Assembly (NCBI GenBank): GCA_037447605.1
Contig: CM074811.1
Location: 806,001 to 870,000, forward strand
DNA length: 64,000 bases
Direction: 5' to 3'
From: Zygnema circumcarinatum SAG 698-1b
Taxonomy: Eukaryota; Plantae; Zygnematophyceae
Shown: positions 46,818-64,000 of the stretch, piece by piece
Position numbering within the stretch: the first letter of the stretch is position 1
Layout of the letters: each line of letters begins with the position of its first letter
Notes under the pieces: generated by a model
Databases searched by the model: none
The model's input: the letters and a program-made list of their open reading frames with translations, nothing else
Told to the model about the DNA's origin: nothing
Position numbers and translations under genes: made by a program

Positions 46818-49800
46818 TCAGTAGCTCGACTTGACGATTCCCTTCATTTTCGAGTACCAATCGTACCTACACATTCTCGTGTCCTCATCCCACCACCAAA
46901 TGTATCTCCTTTTAAATCTTTTAATCTTTAAATCCTTCCCTTTAATCCAATTATTATGCAACGTAGCGCACCCCATACTCAAACACCGACTAATTCCGTA
47001 ATTCCATAACCTAAAAACCCTTCCGTTCGGATGCAACTGCCGGCTCATAAAAACCACTCGCAACCCGTTCCATGCGCACTCCTCGTCCCCAACCAAATTT
47101 TCCTGATTTTCGCCACATAGAACCTTGTAAAAACTGGGCTGCTCCGATTGCCCCTCCCTCTTCGCCGCGTGTTCAATTATAGCTTCAAAAGCTTTAATCA
47201 CTAAAGGCTCCGATCTCGCAAAATAAAAACCCGAATTGATGGTTCCAAATGGAGTAGGAAAACCCCTTCCATTAGCGGGAATTGAAGCATTGGGTTCATC
47301 ACATTGTACGGGAAATGTGTGCGGGCCCAACTCATACATTTCTTGAATGGGGTCTCGAAACCACGCGATGTCCACATCGGACCAAAAGACATTGTACCCC
47401 AATTTCAGAATTTTGAGCACCGCGCGAGACTTCAATTTCGTCATACTCCGAAAACAATTCGACCCAAATATGCATTTCGCCTCCTTCACATTCTTCAAAT
47501 CCCTCTTAGAAAGAAGTTGGACTTCCGGAAACGTTTCTAAGTAGACAGGTAGCCCCTGAGCTGCCGCAAATCTGTACAAATCTTCATCGAGAGCGGCAAT
47601 AAGAGGGTCCCTTATATGAAGTCGTCGGAGAGTACAAACAAAATTCATTAACATATCGGCATATCCTCCCGAAACCGCTACAAGGATTACGATTTTTCTC
47701 TCATCCGCCATTACAGGGAGAAGCTGCTCTAAGGCAAACCCCCGGTCGGGCGAAGAAGCGAAGTTTACGGCTGCTGCAGTGAGTAAGGGTTTCGGAGCCA
47801 CCATATTACATAACCAGTTTTTCCGCTCTTTTGAGGATTCTGACTCTGTAGGTAAAGTCCCATTTCTCTCTTCTGAGGGGTCCGTTGCATCTTCTGCTTC
47901 AAGAGAGGTGTTGTCAGGGATGCATGGACAGATGGCTTGCCTGAGGCAGACAGTTATGTTTTCTGCATGCCAACAAAATGGGGGAGGGAGGGAAGGGAGG
48001 GGAAGGAGAGGGAGGGGTGGGGGTGGGGGGGGGGGGAAAGGATTTTTTAGCATTATGGATATGTGGATTTGCACTTTATAAGGTAGATTTTGGGTTGTGT
48101 AGGTCGTGTAGTTGGTCCTACAGCATTAGCGACCAAGAGTTAACAGGATACAAAACTACGCCGCAATCATTAAGAAATCTGTCGTTTTTTTAAATTAATT
48201 TGACGCAGTGTAGACGGAGGACAGAGTGAAGGCAGAAAGACTTGGAAATTGTCGGGGAAGATTGGCTACCCCAGGGGGGGGTGGGAAGAGAGAGAGAGAA
48301 AAAGAGAGGGAGAGAGAGAGTGAGAGAGTGAGGGAGAGAGAGGGAGGGAAGGACATGGCCTCCAAACCTTTTCCATTCTTGCAAGGGGTCGCCATCCATG
48401 GCTTCCGAGAGGGGCACCTGCCCTCCAAGCTTTCCTTCTCATGTGCCTCCATTGCAAGCTGCCTCCCCCTCCTCCTCCTCGCCGCCTTCACCTGCCAAAG
48501 TTCCCTTCTCCCACTTAACACTAGCCCCTCCCTTCCCCCTCCCTCCCTCCCTCCCTCCAAAAGCCCCGACTTCCTCCTCCGCAGGGCAGCACATGTAACC
48601 GCAGTTCCGCCATCCACAACAGCTCGCGCGCTCGAAACGAGCGTCGCATGTGCGAGCCAGCTGTCTAACCGGCCCCGTCCAACGCTAAACGGCGGCATGG
48701 AACCGTTGTACAACAGCGAGCGGTCGTTGCTCCATAGATACGCCCCCGCCCCGCTGGCGGTCTGGAGCCTACCGTAGATCGCCACGTGGCGCCTGAGCAG
48801 GCGGTCCGCCAGCACGTGGTGATCAGAGGGCGGGCGGGCGGCCAGGACACGTGGCAGGTCCCCAAGGAGGAAGCGCGGCCACGTCAGCAGGAAGCCGTCT
48901 GGGTGGGTCTGGAAGGCCCGGTCAACGAGGGCCTTGAGGGCGGTCTCGTTGACCAGGAGGAGGTCGGCGTTGACCAGGAGGGCGAGCTGGGAGGGGGAGG
49001 CGAGGGCGCGCGCAACCACGGAGGGGAGGAGGGGGCGGCCCTCCAATGTGAAGTCCACCTGGGGGAGGGAGGGAGGGAGGGAGGGAGGGAGGGAGGGTTG
49101 AGATTGGAGGGAGGGAGGGAGGGAAGGAGGGAGGAGGGAGGAGGGAGGGAGGGAGGGAGGGAGGGAGGGAGGGAGGGCTGAGATTGGAGGGAGGAGGGAG
49201 GAGGGAAGGAGGGAGGAGGGAGGGAGGAGGGAGGGAGGGAGGGAGGAGGAGGGAGGGAGGGAGGGAGGGAGGGAGGGTTGAGATTGGAAGAAGGGAGGGG
49301 AGGAGGAGGAGGGAGGGAGGGAGGGAGGAGGGAGGAGGAGGGAGGGAGGGTTGAGATTGGAGGGGAGGGAGGGGTAAGATGGGGGGGGAGGGGGGAACGG
49401 AGAGAGGGGGGAGTGAGAAGGGAGGAAGGGGGGGGGGAGGGGTGAGATGAGGGGAAGGGGGAGGGGAGAGAGTGGGGAGTGAGAGGGGAGGAAGGAGGAG
49501 AGGGAGGAGGGAGATGGGGGGGAAGGGAGAGGGCAGAGAGTGGGGAGTGAGACGTGAGGGAGGGAGGGAAGAGGGAGAGTGGAGGGGGGCATTGGGAGTG
49601 TGGAGGAAGGAGGGGTTGTGAGAGTGGGCGGTGGAAGGGGGAAGAGGAGAGAGGGGGGAGGGAAGAGTAGAAGGGAGGAATGGGGGAGTGAATGGGGAGG
49701 AGGGAGGAGGGAGGAGGGAGGGAGGGGTGAGATGGGGGGGAAGGGAAAGGGGAGAGAGGGGGGAGTGAGACGGGAGGGAGGGAGGGAAGAGGGAGAGTGG

Positions 49801-50864
49801 AGGGGGGGATTGGGAGTGTGGAGTAAGGAGGGGTTGTGAGGGTGGTCGGTGGAAACGAGGAGAGGGGGAAGGGTAGAGTACGAGGGAGGGGGGAGTGAGG
49901 AAGGGTGGAGGAGGTATGGGGGAGTGAATGAGGAGGAGGGAGGTGGAAGGGAGAAAGGGGAGCCTCTAACCACTTCCCTATCCTCTAACCCTTCACCCTT
50001 AGCCTCCTCATCCCTAATCTAATCCCCTAGCCCCCTGACCCCTAATCTAATCCCTTAGCCTCCTGACCTCTTATCTAATCCCTTAGCCATCTGAACCCTG
50101 AACCCCGCGCTGACCTGCATCTCCTGCTTGACGGTCCGTGGAAATTCCTGCGCGAGGCGGTGGAAGACGGAGCAGTTCCCGACGAGGTAGACGTGCGGGC
50201 GGGGATGCATGCGGATAAGGCTGCGGATGGAGCGGTGGGGGAGCTCGAGGGAGGGGTCGGAGAGGGAGGAGGAGGAGAGGGAGAGGGAGAGGAAGTGGTT
50301 GGGAGGGGGAGGGAGGATGAAGACGGAGAGAGTGTAGGTGATGGGATCTATGGCTGCTTCGGTTGAGAAACCCGCCTCCTCTCCGAGGCGCTCGAGGTCG
50401 GCCGCAAGGGGGGAGGAGGGGTCAGGAGGGAAGCCATGGCCAGAAGCTTCCGCAGCAGCAGCTTCAGCTTCTCTCCTTTTCCTTTTGTTGGTTGGTAGGG
50501 TTTTGGGGGTCTTGTGGGGTTCAAGCCTTTTCGGGAGCTGGAGAGGGTTCAAGCCGGAGGCAGACGATTTTTGGGTTTTGGAGGGTTCAGTGTCTTCTAG
50601 GGTTTCAAGGAGACCGATGGGTTCCAGGGGGTCTAGGGAGTCTAGGGGATCTGAGGAATCTATCGATTTCAGGGCCTTACCGTGAGGAGAACTTTTACTG
50701 CTTTTTGATAATTTAGGGTTTAGGGTTCTGTCTGCATGGTGGTTGTTGCGGAGGCGGGCGGAGGCGAAATCCCCCGAAAGGATGGCGGCTGTGAGAGAGA
50801 AGAGGACAATGAGGCGGAGACAGAAGGAGGGAGAGGGGAGGGAGGGACGAAGGTACACGCCCAT
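46818..50864 (-). CDS. RAY1: GT77 nucleotide-diphospho-sugar transferase, RAY1-like beta-arabinofuranosyltransferase
   Basis: Exons 50115-50864, ~48370-49058 and 46818-~47960; the exon 2/3 junction is uncertain. Motifs: VDFTLEGRP...VVARA, MPPFSVGRG..DSWL, YADMLMNFVCTLRRL, ALDEDLY...QGLPVY, CIFGSNCFRSMTKLKSRAVLKILKLGYNVFWSDVD (DxD), INSGFYFARS, SEQPSFYKVLCG, HNNWI. These match Arabidopsis RAY1 from memory. Confidence 0.88.
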
Positions 50865-50879
50865 GGCGAGGGGGGGGGG

Positions 50880-51340
50880 GTTGTCAAGGATTAGGGTTTA
50901 AGGGTTGAGGTTTTAGGGTTGGAAGAGGGTTTGTGAGAGGGAATGTAAAGGGTGAGAACAGATTTGAGGGTTTTTGGGGTTTTGTAATTGTTGGAGAATG
51001 TGAGGTTTTTGAAGTTTTCTGTGCATTTATGGATGTTGCTGATTGATTTGAGTTTTCAGGTTTTGAAGTTTGAGATTTGGGGCTTTCAAGATTTGAAATT
51101 TTTGAGGTCCGGGGGTTTTCAGATTTTTCCCGTTAAAGAAGACTTAGGGTTCAGGGCTCCAAAAGGTCAACATTTCAAGAATATCGGGCCGTCAGGACCT
51201 GGGCCGTCCGGTAGTACAATTTTTAGGTTGAGTTTAGGGTTCAGGAGAGGTTGGGGCTTTAATCACTTTAGGGCGTCAGACATTTCAAGTCGTTAGGGTT
51301 TCAGGAAAAGGAAAGGGCTGAGTAAGTTTTAGGGTTTTTG
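50880..51340. repeat. Degenerate TTTAGGG/telo-box-rich tract upstream of RAY1
   Basis: Repeated ttagggtt, tttaggg and ttttgagg variants. Confidence 0.55.
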
Positions 51341-52068
51341 GGGTGGCTACATAGAGGCGGCTGTCAGGGGGCTGGGACGGGGGGGGGGGAGGGCGAGGGT
51401 GGGAGAGGGTGGGAGAGGGAGAGGGAGAGGGAGAGAAAGAGAGTGAGGAGAGGGAGAGAGGAGCCGAAGAGAGCAGGAAATGGCGCCAGGGGGCGACACG
51501 TGGCGCGTTCTCCTGACGATTCCACGAGTGCGAAGCAGGCGAGGGAGGAGGCAGAGGGAGAGGAGAGAGAGGGAGGGACAGAGATATGGAGGGAGAGAGG
51601 AAGGGAGAGGGAGAGAGGGAGAGAAAGGAAGCGAGGGAGAGAGGGAGAGAGAGAGGAAGAGGGAGGAAGAGAGGGAGGAGGAGAGGGAGGGAGCGAGTGG
51701 GAGAGGGACAGCGGGAGCGAGCAGTCGCGACTCGCGAGTAGTTAGGACCGGGGAGTCACGGAAAGGGAACGGAAGCGCCAAAGCGGGGACAAAAGCGACG
51801 CCTGATTGGCGGAGTGTGACACGTGGCGCTACATGAATGGTGGATTAGTAATTTTGACCACGTGGCGATTCCTAAATGGCTCTGCCGGGTTTCATCTGGA
51901 AGCGGCACAAGTCTCTCGGGAGATCCGTCCGTACGGCTTCTGTTGGGTTCAGGGGAATCGATCAGGTTTTCACTTTCCAGTTTTAAAACGTGATTTTCTG
52001 CGAAAGTTGGCGTCGAAATACCAAGCCGTACAGTCGGCTGAGTACCGTACGGGACTTCTTACAAAAAG

Positions 52069-53040
52069 GGTAATGCTAAATTCACACCTTTTTTGTCTGG
52101 ATACAGACCTTTTTTCGCCGGGCAGATTTTAAAATAGACAATAAAGGATAAAAAACGGAAAATACTTTTTTCACACCTTTTTGGAATCGAGGCACCTTTT
52201 TCCGTCGGGCAGACTTTATCCCTGATTTTTTTTTGAGAGAAAAAGATATTGGGCTGCCCGAATCAGCTCGGAGCGGAAGATCCGTCCGCCACGAGATCGT
52301 TCACGGGTGGGCTTCACATGTCCGATGAATCTCCGCCGTCGATTCTGTCGTGGATCGCACCACAGCAGATCACCGTTTGATCTGCAGCCGGGCTCGGTCG
52401 CGAATGGGACGCGCCCACGTGGCCCACACAAGCCGGCTCGCAGGTGCGAGGGCGCGCGTCCCTCGGCCCGAGATCTCCGCAAAATTATGAGCTGGACTGG
52501 CCAGCCAGCGGCTGCTCGCCAGTGTCAACTGGCAGCAATCACCATCTGCCACGTGTCATTTTTTATTACATGGCAAGTTGTGATTGGTCCAAACTCTTAA
52601 TGTATGGTATTTCGCCTTTCCTCGAGGCTGCATCCGTACTATAATTGTACGAACGTACTTTGAGCCGGCTTTGGCGGGACACGTGGCGCTTCCCATTCGC
52701 TGGGACATAGCCAGGCTGCAGATTTAACGGTGATCTGCCATGGTGCGATCTGCTATAGTATCGACGGCTGAGATTCACCGAAAGTGTTAAGGACGGACAC
52801 CTGCAAACGATCTCGTGGCGGACGGATCTTCCGCTCCGAGCGGATTCGGGCAGCTCAATAACTTTTTCTCTCAAAAAATAGAAATCAGGGGTAAAATCTG
52901 CCCGACAGGAAAAGGTGTATCGATTTCCAAAAGGTGTAAAAAAAACATTTTCAGTTTTTAATCCTTTTTGTTTATTTTAAAATCTGCCCGGCGAAAAAAG
53001 GTCTGTATCTAGACAAAAAAGGTGTAAATTTAGCACTACC
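52069..53040. mobile_element. Non-autonomous foldback element with ~370-bp TIRs (Mutator/MULE-like)
   Basis: The left arm ggtaatgctaaattcacaccttttttgtctggatacagaccttttttcgccgggcagattttaaaata... is the reverse complement of the right arm ending ...ggtgtaaatttagcactacc. Similarity continues inward to ~52440 and ~52660. A possible 9-bp TSD CAAAACAAG appears with a 2-nt deletion on the left (CAAAAAG). Confidence 0.85.
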
Positions 53041-53506
53041 CAAAACAAGGGACAAAGAACAACATGAGATTGACTCTCGGTCCAACAACAACAACATGGC
53101 TCTAGAAGCAGCCGTTAAGGTCGCCGATGTGGGCCACATGGCGCGGGGAGAGGGGCTGGAAGCCATCGGACGGTCACCAACAACCGTGGCGCTTCGAAGG
53201 AGCGTGGAGGCGAGGCAACGCTAGAAACCCGTTGTCGGAAGCAACAACAACATGTGCGCATGCGCATGTTCGTCCATGAGTACAATGTTGTTGTGGCTGT
53301 ACGGCACGTCGACCGACGTCGGGGTTCACCATCCGTAACCGCCGTTCGTCACTGTCCGTCGTCGTCGGCAGCCGTACCCAAAAGGCCAGTTGGGCCCAAC
53401 GCCAGCCGGTGTCTGCCACGTAGGATGGAGGCAGTGCCACCGTGGCAGATGACGGCCAATGGGAAGCAAACACTGGCCTAAAAATTTGACGGCAAATATT
53501 CTACAA

Positions 53507-53667
53507 TAGGGGGTGTCAGACTTAAAAAATTTCAGTACGCGTGTTCGTAAGTTTGACATCAGAACGAGTACTCCAGTATTATCGCGATCCTGCTGCGGCG
53601 GAGTACTTTCGTAACCTTTTTTTTCGTAACGCTTTTCGTAAGATTTTGTTAAGTCTGACACCCCCTA
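53507..53667. mobile_element. 161-bp MITE
   Basis: Perfect 19-bp TIR TAGGGGGTGTCAGACTTAA / TTAAGTCTGACACCCCCTA (or a 17-bp TIR with a TA TSD), with four internal TTCGTAA repeats. Confidence 0.85.
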
Positions 53668-54042
53668 ATATTGTTACGCCCTTGGGGGCTTTCCAGGTGG
53701 CCGTTGTGGGTATGTTACCTTTGTTACAACTGAGCTCCTACGACGTACCGCCAATCACTGATCGCCATGGCAGCTAGTATGTCCACGTGGCAGCTTGACA
53801 TTGGCCAGACATTTTTAGGGTTCCTCCCCATAATGAGACTCACCCATGCAGCTATGCAGACATGAGTCCATGCCATGGTGCCATGCCGCCATGGCTGACC
53901 CTAACCCTAATTTCAGAACCGTTTCTCGGACTTCCTCACACATTTGTGTGAAAAAGGAAGGAAACGCATCATGCTGTGATGGGTGAAGTGCTCTTCCTTC
54001 TGAGGATGTAAGGTGGGGAAGCAGCTGTGGAGAGCTGAAGCT

Positions 54043-64000
<9,958 letters not shown>

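Noticed and set aside
48195-49973. 592-aa ORF taken as a single exon
   Set aside because: Only ~48370-49058 is RAY1-like. The rest is CCCT-repeat intron read through in frame, and a good acceptor exists at 49059.
36237-50864. Functional clustering of the Pro-rich LRR protein with the RAY1 arabinosyltransferase
   Set aside because: Both are wall-related, but they are separated by a TE cluster and adjacency alone is weak evidence. It would need conserved synteny or co-expression.

Overview
Eukaryotic nuclear DNA from an intron-rich streptophyte. A charophyte/zygnematophyte-type alga is my inference from the plant-type gene set, the TTTAGGG-like repeats and the CT/GA-microsatellite introns. The draft assembly has many 10-N gaps. 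Genes left to right: 3' end of a phosphoglucomutase/phosphomannomutase-family gene (+); dihydroneopterin aldolase folB with a long N-terminal extension (+); secreted/membrane heme-binding DOMON/EB_dh-like protein (+); CLC-d chloride/proton transporter (-, about 21 exons); a ~10 kb Ty3/Gypsy element with a non-autonomous Copia-type element nested in its gag; a secreted LRR-EGF-Pro-rich protein (+); a TE cluster (hAT transposase, degenerate Copia carrying a 130-bp tRNA-containing LTR-like insert); an orphan second copy of the LRR gene's last exon; RAY1-like GT77 arabinosyltransferase (-); a divergent promoter region with a ~1 kb foldback element and a MITE; and a very large uncharacterised multi-Ig/ASH-like protein gene (+) running off the right edge. 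The best candidate for a novel system is the LRR gene. Its repeats sit in a tandem array of ~198-bp exon+intron units with near-identical introns and scaffold codons but hypervariable ligand-face codons. Every splice junction cuts through the variable beta-strand, so skipping or unequal crossover would create new binding surfaces. The second-best candidate is the 130-bp TG..CA element with a 5-bp TSD and an internal tRNA-like Pol III cassette. All family assignments come from motif recognition by eye; no database searches were run.
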